Below, one piece after another: positions 1 to 10,081 of a stretch of 64,000 bases of DNA. The notes under the pieces were generated by a model that had not been told where the DNA came from, did no database searches, and was given only the letters and a program-made list of their open reading frames with translations. The position numbers were made by a program, and so were the translations under genes. Origin of the DNA: a bacterium (GTDB lineage Bacteria; Patescibacteriota; Minisyncoccia; Phycocordibacterales; UBA6899); assembly GCA_043736515.1 (NCBI GenBank), contig JAYTCK010000013.1, forward strand, positions 12,214 through 76,213. The letters run 5' to 3'. Position 1 is the stretch's first letter. Each line of letters begins with the position of its first letter.

Positions 1-2883
1 AGTACCCATCCACACCGCACTTGGTGCCACCACCGTCTCGTCCCCATCGAGCGTTGTAGAATTAATGCTGCGATCAAGCGTTGCGAGTTTGCATAATATA
101 ATCTGACATGAATAACGAATATCTTTAATAGTATCAACCCCCCACCCAGCAATCTGCACCACCTGCATTCCCGGAGGCGGCACCCATGCATCTATGGTTG
201 TGTGCATATCTCTCGCATTCGAAAGCAATGAATCCTTGAGCACGTTCGGAACATCACGCTCATTATCCGCAGGCTCACTCCATGTGCCACCTTGACCACG
301 GAGGAAGTATTCGAGTGCGGCTGCTGTGCTCACGGTCGTACTTGCAAGAGCATGTAATTCGCTTAACTCGCTCACGCTTTCATCAAAAATAATTACCGGA
401 GATTGCACCGTAGTGAAATAGTGTGCAGATGGAAGCAGATTGTACGCACTCGGCATATGCTCACCAAGCATTCGCGCTTCTTGTTTCGTGAGAATAATTC
501 CTGCACCAAGATTTGCTTCATCACCATGCAGCAAGCCGGCAATCGCCTTGGGTGTTCCTAACTGTGGTGCGGCAACCATAATAACAGTATCAATCTTCTT
601 TTCGAATGGATCATGATTTTCTGCCAATTTTGCAAGGAAGTATTTGGCGAGCAAGCCGCCATTTGAATGTGTGACGATGGTCACCTTGCCTGTATCGGAA
701 GTGCCCGCAAGGCGGTGAAGTTCCTGAATGAGAAATGGGGTTGTGGTGCTTTGGAGATATGAAACATATGCACCTGTTTTGTTGCCACTCTTTAATAATT
801 CAGGAAAATCAAGACGCCAGTCATACGGCAAAGCTTTCCATTCATTAATCATTCCGGCACCCACAACATCTTGCTTCATAAAATTAATAAAGTTTTTATA
901 GACGTTCACGCCATAGACTTCGTCAAGCACACTTTTTTCAGGTAATCCATCCAATGTGACAATATCAGTATTAATAGATGTGCCGTTGGGGTTGAGATAC
1001 AGTTGAGTGTTGTCACCGAATGTCGGAGGATCCCAGATTTGCGTTGCGGGAGAGGTGCTTGCGCGGAACAGTCGTGACGCCTCAAGTCCCGGCAAGAATG
1101 CAACATTCGAATATCCTGTTTTAAAGGAAAATTGATTTTCCGTGGCAGTTGGTATTGTTGTCGTTGCACCACCGACAGCGGCAGTGAAGGAGTAGTTGTA
1201 TGTGTGTTTTGCAAACGTGAGTGGATGATAATAACTGAAGAGTTCACCATTACGATAGTCCCCGTCTTTGAGTGTTGTTGATGCAGTTGTTGTGTCTCGA
1301 GTGAGCGCCATGATTGTGGGGATCGATGATACCGGATTTGCAACCTCAAACACAGGAATAACCGTAGCGGTTATATTCTCCGGTGCACGATTCCCTGCGT
1401 CAGTATAAATAACAGAAAACGTGAAATGCGTTTTCCCTGCAGTGCCCTTGTGATCCTGAATCCCGTCATCTTCATAGAGACCTTTGAGAGTGTCGGTGGC
1501 AAAGGAAAGTCTGGGTACTTGAATGACAAGAGCTTTCCACCCATCCTTCACCGTCCATGGGAGGTTGTCCTGTCCGATCGTGTACATGCGAGGTGTATCA
1601 CAAAAACCATCCGTGTTTGAATCATTGCATCCCTCTGGTGGTGTATCGAACGTATCCCAGTAATTGCCACCATTTGGATTAGCTATATGAAACACGTTTC
1701 CCACACCGGCGTAATTCACGGCGTGCGCCCCATTATTCAAAAAATTATTATTATAGACTTGATTCCCTATTGCAGGGGAGAAAATCATAAGCCCCGTGTT
1801 TTGATTGTCTCGTATCGTATTCTCGTGCACCACATTGTTGGATGAAGTAAAGAAGAGCACTCCTTGGTATGTACGAGAAATGTTGTTGGACAGGAAACTG
1901 TTGTTGTTTGAATTAAAGAGAAGTATCCCTTGATATACATCGGAAACACTATTGGATATAAAACGATTATTATTCGAACCAGAGTAGAGCAGGACTCCTT
2001 GATGTCCTGGGCGTCTTTCGAGAGTTCCTAGGTTAATCGCATTGTTTTCAAATAAATTATCAAGAGAACTGAAGAGCGCAAATCCTTGATTGCGATAGAT
2101 TACCGGAACAGTGAGCAACACGGTGTTCCCTGTTATTGTGTTCGCACTTGAAGAGTAAAAGACTATTGCCTGATAGTCATTGTTAGTGAAGTTATTATTC
2201 ACGATATGGTTGCTTAATGAACTGAATGCACTCACGCCATAAGAAAAATTACTAATCTGGAGGTTCTTGAGGGTGACATTTGTTCTGCCATTCAAATACA
2301 CCCCAGAGCCGGTATGGGATCCCGAGAGCGTGAAATTATTTCCATCAAGTGTGATGTTGTCGGAATCGATCTGGACGGTTTCGGAGAGATTTTGTGTAAG
2401 GGTGCAGATTTTTGTAATGTTGTCCCATATTCCCACAACAATACAATCTCCGCCCGTTGCATCGTCGCGGATGAACTTGGTGCTTTTGTGCGGTTGGATG
2501 AAGATGACATGGGGAATTAGGATATCTTGCGTGTATGAATATATACCCCTTTCGTCAGTATTGAATTGAGTGAGATTGTGATAGCTATCTTCGTATTTGT
2601 AGTATGTGGTGTTTGGAAGAAAGCCACCCATAGAGATGGTGGTCGCAGTGGAAGAGGAAGTCGTCGCATCGATCATGAGTGTCACAATGTTTGGAACAGA
2701 TTCGAGGCGGAGATCTATAAGTGCGGAACTTTGGAGGGTGATGTTGAGATAGTCACTGTCGGTGATGACAAAGTGTGTGCCCTCATCTTGGATCGTGCCC
2801 GGGGGGTTGATTGTTTCGGCGGAAGCAACACCGTGCATGAGCAAAGAAAGAAAGATCGACAGGGTGAAAATAATGCCACGCAT
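1..2883 (-). CDS. Large secreted protein, runs off the window at the 3' end: signal peptide, parallel beta-helix (NosD-like) repeats, and a C-terminal LCAT/PGAP1-like alpha/beta hydrolase domain
   Basis: Absent from the ORF track (no stop in window). Partial manual translation from ATG 2883 gives MRGIIFTLSIFLSLLMHGVASAET, then Asn/Ser-rich beta-helix repeats, a lipase-box-like TIVTHSNGGLLAK, AAPQLGTPKA, and DGDETVV at the window edge. Confidence 0.8.
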   Translation of the reverse strand, partial: MRGIIFTLSIFLSLLMHGVASAETINPPGTIQDEGTHFVITDSDYLNITLQSSALIDLRLESVPNIVTLMIDATTSSSTATTISMGGFLPNTTYYKYEDSYHNLTQFNTDERGIYSYTQDILIPHVIFIQPHKSTKFIRDDATGGDCIVVGIWDNITKICTLTQNLSETVQIDSDNITLDGNNFTLSGSHTGSGVYLNGRTNVTLKNLQISNFSYGVSAFSSLSNHIVNNNFTNNDYQAIVFYSSSANTITGNTVLLTVPVIYRNQGFALFSSLDNLFENNAINLGTLERRPGHQGVLLYSGSNNNRFISNSVSDVYQGILLFNSNNNSFLSNNISRTYQGVLFFTSSNNVVHENTIRDNQNTGLMIFSPAIGNQVYNNNFLNNGAHAVNYAGVGNVFHIANPNGGNYWDTFDTPPEGCNDSNTDGFCDTPRMYTIGQDNLPWTVKDGWKALVIQVPRLSFATDTLKGLYEDDGIQDHKGTAGKTHFTFSVIYTDAGNRAPENITATVIPVFEVANPVSSIPTIMALTRDTTTASTTLKDGDYRNGELFSYYHPLTFAKHTYNYSFTAAVGGATTTIPTATENQFSFKTGYSNVAFLPGLEASRLFRASTSPATQIWDPPTFGDNTQLYLNPNGTSINTDIVTLDGLPEKSVLDEVYGVNVYKNFINFMKQDVVGAGMINEWKALPYDWRLDFPELLKSGNKTGAYVSYLQSTTTPFLIQELHRLAGTSDTGKVTIVTHSNGGLLAKYFLAKLAENHDPFEKKIDTVIMVAAPQLGTPKAIAGLLHGDEANLGAGIILTKQEARMLGEHMPSAYNLLPSAHYFTTVQSPVIIFDESVSELSELHALASTTVSTAAALEYFLRGQGGTWSEPADNERDVPNVLKDSLLSNARDMHTTIDAWVPPPGMQVVQIAGWGVDTIKDIRYSCQIILCKLATLDRSINSTTLDGDETVVAPSAVWMGT

Positions 2884-3145
2884 AAAATAGTGAGCGGATA
2901 CTTGATAAAATGTATCCTTTAAGCTACTCAGAATTTACTGAAACGCAAGGAGTGGGATTTTCTATACTTTGCTCAGGACGCAGTACGACTCCTCAGGGGC
3001 AGTGCTTCAGGGAGTCCGAACCAGATGTTACAAATGCTACACCCAAAGCCCCATTCTGGAGGCAATCTGAGCGAGCAATTTTAAAATCGAAATGGCTTAA
3101 AATATAGGGATTTGACGAAAAAACGAGGGTGTACAATTAAGGTAT

Positions 3146-4141
3146 ATGAATACAAACAAAATGCCGCGATTCTCGGCACGTAAAAAGAACAAGGATCTCA
3201 TGACGCTTCTCCTTTCGACCGCCTCATTCCAAAATGAGGTCAAGGCACTCCGCAAACAATTCGGAATTAAGGAGGGGGGAAATAGCACATCTGAAGAACA
3301 CGAAAAATGAGAACGACTCTTTTGGGATAGTGCAATGGATCAGAAGGCAGAGAGTGGGGATGGGCACACGAAGAGTGACGAGTACTTCAGGGCACTGAAC
3401 GACCTCACGAGAAGATATCACCTCCCAGGAAATTTCGATCGCCATACTCGATGTTACGTTGAAATGGGAATGATCTCCTGGCCAGTCAACAGCTTCGACA
3501 TAACGCCAGTGGGATTCCCTGCTCGTTCGTTTAGGTTGAACATCTATCTCCTCCTGCGTAATCCCTTCTATTATGGTGAATTTGAATATCCGATGGGGAG
3601 TGGTAATTGGTATCCCGGCAAACAAACACCCATTATCACCAAGGAACTTTTCGATAGAGTGCAGTCATCTCTTCAAGATCACTACATTCCAAAAACGGAA
3701 AGCAGGGAGTTCGCCTTCACGAAGCTCATTAAATGCGGGTACTGCGAGAGTGGCATCACCGCCGACGAAAAATTCAAGAGACTCAAAGACGGAGGAACAA
3801 ATCGGCATGTCTATTATATGTGCACCAAGGGCAAGGGTGTGGAGTGCAAGAATGCGCCGATCAATGAGAAAGACCTAATCGAAGAATTGACTGGGCTACT
3901 CGACACCATCGACCTCGACGAGATCGGAATGAGGTCAAAGATCGAGGACGAAATGGCCCGCTATAATAAATTCCGTATCGGCGTGCTCGGACTGAAAACG
4001 AAAGAGCGCAATACCGATGTCGATGTGCGCAACTACGCAAAGTACCTGCTCAAAGATGGCACGCTAACCGAGAAGCGCGAGCTACTGGTATGCCTCAAGA
4101 GTCAGCTCATTCTGAAAGATCGAAAAGTATCACTGCAATAG
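3146..4141 (+). pseudogene. Relic fusion of a hypothetical N-terminus (in-frame TGA at 3308-3310) with the C-terminal recombinase/zinc-ribbon part of a large serine recombinase
   Basis: ATG 3146 is in frame with ORF 3335-4141. LLRNPFYYG..GKQTPIITKELFDRVQ and CGYC...YYMC...C are typical of a large serine recombinase C-terminus. No catalytic resolvase domain is present. Confidence 0.7.
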
Positions 4142-4149
4142 TCGAACAA

Positions 4150-4188
4150 AACAGAAAAACCGCTTCATGTTGAAGCGGTTTTTCTGTT
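4150..4188. terminator. Bidirectional intrinsic terminator
   Basis: acagaaaaaccgcttca-tgt-tgaagcggtttttctgt inverted repeat between convergent units. Confidence 0.75.
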
Positions 4189-4263
4189 CATGCCAGCCTT
4201 GACGCATGCGATTCTCGACTGTGTGAGTCGCGATGCATCCTAGTCACTTGACTTAGCCCTGTC

Positions 4264-4337
4264 TGGTGCGGGATGGGAGAATCGAACTCCCACCAGAAGT
4301 TTGGAAAACTCCTATTCTACCATTAAACTAATCCCGC
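4264..4337 (-). tRNA. tRNA-Gly(TCC), with encoded CCA
   Basis: Reverse complement GCGGGATTAGTTTAATGGTAGAATAGGAGTTTTCCAAACTTCTGGTGGGAGTTCGATTCTCCCATCCCGCACCA folds as a cloverleaf. Confidence 0.95.
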
Positions 4338-4364
4338 ATTATTGTCTTTTGCCTCACGATTCTC

Positions 4365-4523
4365 GAATCGAACCTCTTACAGAGGCTGTATACCTTTTGG
4401 ATTTTTCAGAAAAAACCTCAAAAGGTCTTGCGCTCTGGCTCCCGCAAAGCCGGGTTCCCAAATGCCAGAGCTCACCCACCAGAAGTTTGGAAAACTCCTA
4501 TTCTACCATTAAACTAATCCCGC
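4365..4523 (-). repeat. Partial tRNA-Gly(TCC) duplicate (4475-4523) interrupted in the T-arm by a ~101-nt structured element (4373-4473)
   Basis: The first 49 nt are identical to the intact tRNA. The insert is homologous to those at 26770-26870 and 30203-30302. The tRNA sequence resumes with TTCGATTC. Confidence 0.85.
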
Positions 4524-4620
4524 TTGCTTATTGTGAGACTTTCGTATCCTAGCAAATTGACAACAAGGTGGCAACGGGGAAAAATGAGTAGAGATGCACT
4601 TTTTATAATAAGGATGGGTC

Positions 4621-5433
4621 ATGCCAATGAAGACAAATCCGCTTTTGGATCCCGTGCGTGCAAAGAATATGTACCGGCTTATACAGGGAATTTTTGATTT
4701 TTGGAAGCTTTGTGTCAGTCACCGCTTACTTTTACTCGGAGTAGACCGGGCGACATGGGTAATGATGCAGCGAGAAAAAATGCTCCCACCGCGAGACGAT
4801 CTCGCATCCCGCATCGCGGCGTTAATCCGAATTTACCACATGAGTGGAGATATTTACCCGCGGGACTCTGATCTCGCCGCAAAGTGGATTGAGAGGCCAA
4901 TTTTTGTTGAACCCTTTTTGGGGGTTAATCCGCGCCAATTCATGCTTATGTATGTAACGAGAGATGGGGTAGAAGAACTACAGGTTATTATTGAGTATCT
5001 CAACAATTGTTTTACTCGTTGGGATTGCCTTCGCGATCAGCATGGAAGACTGCTGCGCTGTAATGACGAGTTGCGCATGAGTGAAGAGCCCATCGACACT
5101 CTTGCACAAATGATTCTTCGAATTCAAAACAGCTGGAAATTACCCGACTCGATATTTGAACACATCATTGGAGTAAGCATGGCCGAGGTCGCTGATGTGG
5201 CAATTGGGAAAAATATACCGCCATTGAAAGTGGCTACTCAGATGAGGAGAATTGCTTGTATTGACATCGCACTGTGGTGCAATGTAGAGGACGATGAAAA
5301 AATATCTTTGTGGATGCTTTCGTTAAACAGTCATCCCCTTTTTTGCGGAGCCCCGCCGTATCATCTCCTCTCTTCACAAAACCCGAGCGTTGCAAGGGTT
5401 GTCTATACTTACCTTCGCAATATTTCACCGTAG
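4621..5433 (+). CDS. Protein with two tandem MbcA/ParS/Xre antitoxin-like (DUF2384-like) units
   Basis: Two similar segments: RIAALIRIY..IYPRDSDLAAKWIERP..PFLGVNP..IIEYL and RIACIDIAL..DEKISLWMLSLNSHPLFCGAPPYHLL..VYTYL. Confidence 0.55.
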   Translation: MPMKTNPLLDPVRAKNMYRLIQGIFDFWKLCVSHRLLLLGVDRATWVMMQREKMLPPRDDLASRIAALIRIYHMSGDIYPRDSDLAAKWIERPIFVEPFLGVNPRQFMLMYVTRDGVEELQVIIEYLNNCFTRWDCLRDQHGRLLRCNDELRMSEEPIDTLAQMILRIQNSWKLPDSIFEHIIGVSMAEVADVAIGKNIPPLKVATQMRRIACIDIALWCNVEDDEKISLWMLSLNSHPLFCGAPPYHLLSSQNPSVARVVYTYLRNISP

Positions 5434-5483
5434 CCTCGTGCTACGGCTTTTTCATTCTATGATATTCAGAGTATAATTCTTTT

Positions 5484-6818
5484 ATGTCTTCTATTTTTAA
5501 ATCCTATGATGTGCGTGGGCTGTATCCTTCAGAAATTAATGAGGAAATTGTTGAGAAAATTGGCCGTGCGTATGTGCTTCATACTCACGCAAAGCGTGTG
5601 GCTTTAGCAAGCGATAAGCGCGCATCATCACCATCCCTATTTGCGGCTTTAGTAAAAGGCATCACTGAAAGTGGGGCGAGTGTAATCGATCTCGGACTTC
5701 TTTCAACTCCAATGCTGTACTTTGCATCTTCCGCTTTAGATGTTGATGGGGCTATTATGGTCACTGCGTCTCATAATCCCGGAGAGTATAACGGCCTTAA
5801 GTTTTGCGAGAAGAATGCTGTGCCGATTGGCCTATCGAGTGGCCTTGCTCAAATTAGAGACCTTGTACTTACTGGAAACTTTGCTCCTGCACCCAATTTG
5901 GGAGCGATAACCTCGCAAGATATAAAGCCCGACTACGACAAACACATCGCATCTTTTGCCGACTTTAAGAATACACACTTTCACATTGCAACAGATACTG
6001 CACATGCGATGGGAGTGCTCGAGCTTCCCGTCTTGAGACAACTTCCGGGAATTGTGCTCACGGCTACGCTCTATGACACTCTTCAATTCCCAGGGGTGTG
6101 TCCTCACGAAGCAAACCCTCTTCAAACAGAAACACTGATCGAGCTCCAACATGCTGTGCGGAGCACAAAAGCAGACATGGGGATCGCATACGATGGAGAC
6201 GCTGATCGCATTGGTTTTATTGACGAACTCGGACGTGTCGTCCCCATGGACATTGTGACGGCGCTCCTAGCGCAAGCACTACTTCCAGAGCACAAGAACG
6301 GTGTAGTGCTCTATGATCTCCGCTCATCACGTGCAGTCAAAGAAGCGATAGAAAATGCTGGGGGTATCGCACATGAATCTAAGGTAGGGCACGCCAATAT
6401 AAAAAGACAGATGATAGAGGAAAACGCATTCCTTGCGGGTGAAGCATCAGGACACTACTACTTTGCACTTTCGGGATATCGGGCTGAAATGGGCACACTT
6501 CCTGCAATTCTTATCTTGAATTTAATGACACGAAACAAGAAAAAGCTCTCCGAACTCGTTGACTCAGTGCGACTTTATGCTCACTCTGGGGAAATAAATA
6601 TGGAGGTAAGCAATAAGGATGAAATTTTTGCGAAAATAAAAGCATCGTATGCAGATGGGAAATTATCCGAACTGGATGGGGTAAAAATCGAGTATCCTGA
6701 GTGGTGGTTTTCACTCCGCGCTTCGAATACCGAGCCATTAATCCGACTTAACCTTGAGGCAAGCACAAAAGAGCTCATGCAGCAGAAATTGGAGGAGGTG
6801 CTTGCGATAATCTCTTAA
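5484..6818 (+). CDS. Phosphomannomutase/phosphoglucomutase
   Basis: IFKSYDVRG, TASHNP phosphoserine loop, DGDADR metal loop, GEASGH, RASNTEP. Confidence 0.95.
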   Translation: MSSIFKSYDVRGLYPSEINEEIVEKIGRAYVLHTHAKRVALASDKRASSPSLFAALVKGITESGASVIDLGLLSTPMLYFASSALDVDGAIMVTASHNPGEYNGLKFCEKNAVPIGLSSGLAQIRDLVLTGNFAPAPNLGAITSQDIKPDYDKHIASFADFKNTHFHIATDTAHAMGVLELPVLRQLPGIVLTATLYDTLQFPGVCPHEANPLQTETLIELQHAVRSTKADMGIAYDGDADRIGFIDELGRVVPMDIVTALLAQALLPEHKNGVVLYDLRSSRAVKEAIENAGGIAHESKVGHANIKRQMIEENAFLAGEASGHYYFALSGYRAEMGTLPAILILNLMTRNKKKLSELVDSVRLYAHSGEINMEVSNKDEIFAKIKASYADGKLSELDGVKIEYPEWWFSLRASNTEPLIRLNLEASTKELMQQKLEEVLAIIS

Positions 6819-6945
6819 CAAACTGTCCGGAAAAAATAAAACCCACATTGTTTATGCGGGTTTTATTTTTATGCATCGACTTTGAGATGCGCATCATTTT
6901 GATGATGCCTTCCAGGCCATTCTGATGGCCGTTTAAACTTATAGA

Positions 6946-7377
6946 TTAACGTTCCACTTGAATGACTTGTGTCAACTCTGCTGTGGGCGCCTTTACAACA
7001 ATACGATTTCCGGATGAGGTAGCAATCGTATAGCCTGTGTTATTAACGGAAGTTGATAAAGGATCAACGGGCATGCTAACAATGTAGCTTGGGACCAAGC
7101 CAGAGAGATCTGCGCATGATGTTGTTGCAACAGCGTTTGACTTACAGACCTGCTTATCAGTTCCATTAATTCCCGAAGGAAGTGCCCCGCGGTTGTCTAC
7201 TGCGTACTGATGTACTGCATTTAAAATGGCATTTACATTACTCCAGCGCTGAGAGTTGTTTGCCTGAGCAAATTGACGTGCGGGGTTAATTGCAACAACG
7301 ACAATTGCTGCGAGGATAGCGATGATACCGATAACCACGAGCACTTCAATAAGCGTAAAACCTTTATTTTTCTTCAT
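6946..7377 (-). CDS. Type IV pilin (probable major pilin)
   Basis: KKNKG/FTLIEVLVVIGIIAILAAIVVVAINP class III signal peptide. Confidence 0.9.
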   Translation of the reverse strand: MKKNKGFTLIEVLVVIGIIAILAAIVVVAINPARQFAQANNSQRWSNVNAILNAVHQYAVDNRGALPSGINGTDKQVCKSNAVATTSCADLSGLVPSYIVSMPVDPLSTSVNNTGYTIATSSGNRIVVKAPTAELTQVIQVER

Positions 7378-7502
7378 GTCTCATATAAAAACTAATAAAT
7401 AATTCCTTAGATACTACCGTACATATACTATTCTACAGCACAGAAAGTGGGCATGAAAGGGCGAGAAGGGCATAAACTGTGCAAAACTCATCTAATCTGT
7501 AC

Positions 7503-8021
7503 TTAATGGCCGACCGATATGATATCTCCGTTTTCGGACAAAAGCGCTGTCACCATGATGCCGGTTTCGTCATGAACTAAAACTGCATATCCGCTTCCCA
7601 TTCCGTCCGCGAGTGTGTCAACGGGGAGTTCTTTGAGGTAGGCGGGAATAAGGTGAGAAAGGCTTACAAACCCGGCCTCACTGCACCGTGCTGCATCTAT
7701 ATGAGGATGACAAATTTCTTGAGCAGTCCCGGTGGCTCGAAGGAGAAGCTCCCCATTGAGCATTCTTTGGTACTCGCTCAAGCTATTGTGCAGCATATTC
7801 ACCTGACTCCACCGCTCGGCATTACGAGCTTCGGCAAAGGCATTCGATGGGTTCATGGTCACAATCGCAAGAGTTCCTAATACGAAAAATAAACTCACTA
7901 TCATGAGTACTTCAATAATACTCAACTTATGGGGTGACCCCTTAAGGAATGATCGTTTCCTCGGAGCGTAACGCCCTTTTTTTTGTGGTGCTTTGTGAAG
8001 TTGTAAAAAATTATTTATCAT
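7503..8021 (-). CDS. Pilin-like protein with a degenerate prepilin motif
   Basis: LSIIEVLMIV...MNPSNAFAEARNAERWSQVN; paralogous to the adjacent pilin. Confidence 0.7.
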   Translation of the reverse strand: MINNFLQLHKAPQKKGRYAPRKRSFLKGSPHKLSIIEVLMIVSLFFVLGTLAIVTMNPSNAFAEARNAERWSQVNMLHNSLSEYQRMLNGELLLRATGTAQEICHPHIDAARCSEAGFVSLSHLIPAYLKELPVDTLADGMGSGYAVLVHDETGIMVTALLSENGDIISVGH

Positions 8022-8026
8022 AAGTC

Positions 8027-9625
8027 TTAATTCTGAATTTCTTCAGTGTATTTTTCCGAAACCCACCCATCACCACGCTCGCTCAAATCAAGATGAATCC
8101 AATCTTTTTCTTGCCCGATCACTACATACTCTTCCTGCGGATAAATTTTTGTAACCGAATCAAATGTCGCACCCGGACCACTTCGCACATTGAGCCATCC
8201 TGTCGGAGTGTTGCGAATGCGTACTTTTGTCTCATTTGCAATTACTTCCGTAGACGTGGCCTCCTCTTCTGGGGTGATTTCTTCAACTACCATTTCGGTT
8301 GTTGTGCCCGTATTCAAATTCACTTCAGTCACAGGGGTGCTGGTACTAATGCCACCGCTTGACGCAGGTGCAATACGGGAAATATTTTGTTCACGCAGCC
8401 CCATGTAGGGAAGGTATAAATATGCATATGCGACATACGCAAAAAGGATCAAGCTTGCACCAAAAAGTGGAAGTGCAAGTTTTCTCCATTGTCTCAAAAT
8501 TTTTGCTTCACGCTCTTCCCACTTCTCTCCTTCCCATCCGTGAAGGAGATTAATCCCCTCATTTTCGGGGCTCGGTGAACGAGCGCGGAGCGAAAGCCCT
8601 ATCACGGGTGCATACAACACAGATTCTTGTTCCCCAAGGATTTGCGCTGCAGACTTAGAAAGTAGCGCTAGCGGATTACCAAGAACCACATCGCATTTCA
8701 AGTTCATCGCTAGGTATACCACAATGTCGGGTATAAGTGCCTCGCCGCCAGCCAAGACAACATTGGTCACTGCCTTGTGATATGTTGATTCAAAATAGCT
8801 TGTCGCCTTTGTTAATTGAGGCAGTATAAGCTGAAGCTGCTCTTGGAGTATAACCATGGAGCGATTGTCGGGAAGTGCGCGAGAAAGTCCACTCGTCCGC
8901 TTCAGTTCTTCGGCGTCTTCAAAACTCACGTGCAATCGATCAATAAGCGCGCGGGTAAAGTTGTTTCCTGCAATCGGCAGGCTGAGAGAGAGTCCAAGTC
9001 GGTGTTGTTCGTCAAAAAAACCCAACGTGGTGGTTCTATTTCCGATATCGATAATCATGCTCGCATTGCCGTCTTCAAGGAGAAGCGCGCGGGCCAAGCT
9101 TATTGTTTCCATGTCGATCGCAAGCGGAAGCAAATTGACATCTTCACATACCGCAATGTACGCATCAATGATCTCTCGAGGTGCCGCAGCAAAAAGGATG
9201 CGATCATTTCCCCCGACATTCTCCTCTGCAATATGCCAATCAGTATAAAGCGAATCAAGCGGGGCAGGAATAATTTCACCCGCCTTTTTTTGTATAGTTT
9301 TTGCAATATGCTCATCGGGCAGCGACGAGGAGACAGTAAAGAGGTGCGTAAAACTTTGTGACTCGGGGATAGAAAAAACAACAGGAACTTCTTCGTCGAG
9401 CCTGATTGGCTTAGGGAGCGCGCCGGCACAGGCCGCACGAATATGTTCTCCCAATTGTTTTCGGTCACGCACCAACCCCCCCTCGATAACACCTTGGGGC
9501 AGCGGTGACCGCCCAAACGACACAATCTCATTCTTTGAATTCAAACGTAAAACTGCACAGGTGCGGTCACTGATGTGGAGTGCAATTGGAGAAACGGTAA
9601 ATGATGAAAATGGAAACCAGCGCAT
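8027..9625 (-). CDS. pilM: PilM actin-like pilus assembly protein fused to a PilN-like INLL+TM segment and an SH3b domain
   Basis: IIDIGNRTT, VVLAGG and APVIGLSLR (PilM), then GINLL, a TM helix, a Thr/Glu-rich linker and GWLNVRSGPG...GWVS (SH3b). Confidence 0.85.
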   Translation of the reverse strand: MRWFPFSSFTVSPIALHISDRTCAVLRLNSKNEIVSFGRSPLPQGVIEGGLVRDRKQLGEHIRAACAGALPKPIRLDEEVPVVFSIPESQSFTHLFTVSSSLPDEHIAKTIQKKAGEIIPAPLDSLYTDWHIAEENVGGNDRILFAAAPREIIDAYIAVCEDVNLLPLAIDMETISLARALLLEDGNASMIIDIGNRTTTLGFFDEQHRLGLSLSLPIAGNNFTRALIDRLHVSFEDAEELKRTSGLSRALPDNRSMVILQEQLQLILPQLTKATSYFESTYHKAVTNVVLAGGEALIPDIVVYLAMNLKCDVVLGNPLALLSKSAAQILGEQESVLYAPVIGLSLRARSPSPENEGINLLHGWEGEKWEEREAKILRQWRKLALPLFGASLILFAYVAYAYLYLPYMGLREQNISRIAPASSGGISTSTPVTEVNLNTGTTTEMVVEEITPEEEATSTEVIANETKVRIRNTPTGWLNVRSGPGATFDSVTKIYPQEEYVVIGQEKDWIHLDLSERGDGWVSEKYTEEIQN

Positions 9626-9661
9626 AAATCAAAATTGAACGAAGGAGAGCTAAAAAACAAA

Positions 9662-10078
9662 CTACGGTACGGTTGCCCACGAGCGAATCTCTAGCAAGGG
9701 ATTTACTTGTGCAATATCCACGCGCACATTTCGGACATAGTTGTTATGGATGCCTTGTGTTGTAATAACACGATCAACATTCCCCGAACCCGAAAGAGGC
9801 AGAATTCTGCATGTTTCCCCTCCACCTACTATTATAGTCTCATTACCGATATAGGCTAAATCGGCTTTCAGTCGCATCAATGCCTCCTCGGCACACGCAT
9901 CGCTCAAGAACAGCGCCCTAAGGGAGGATTCTTCCCCAGAAACTGCATTGAGCGTATCGATGCCGCGGAGTGACGATCCAACGCCAATAAGAAGCATCAG
10001 TGCGCCTGCAATAAGCACGCTGATAAGTGCAATATAGCCACCGTGTAATTCTGATCTTTTTTGTGTAAAAAGTAGCAT
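9662..10078 (-). CDS. Minor pilin (PilX-like)
   Basis: GG/YIALISVLIAG without E5; A..LSDACAEEAL motif. Confidence 0.7.
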   Translation of the reverse strand: MLLFTQKRSELHGGYIALISVLIAGALMLLIGVGSSLRGIDTLNAVSGEESSLRALFLSDACAEEALMRLKADLAYIGNETIIVGGGETCRILPLSGSGNVDRVITTQGIHNNYVRNVRVDIAQVNPLLEIRSWATVP

Positions 10079-10081
10079 ATT

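Noticed and set aside
3308-3310. In-frame TGA suggesting genetic code 25 or 4
   Set aside because: Other genes end at TGA (DGR target, 13409, 26944, 46778), and long genes have no internal TGA. A nonsense mutation in a relic is more likely.
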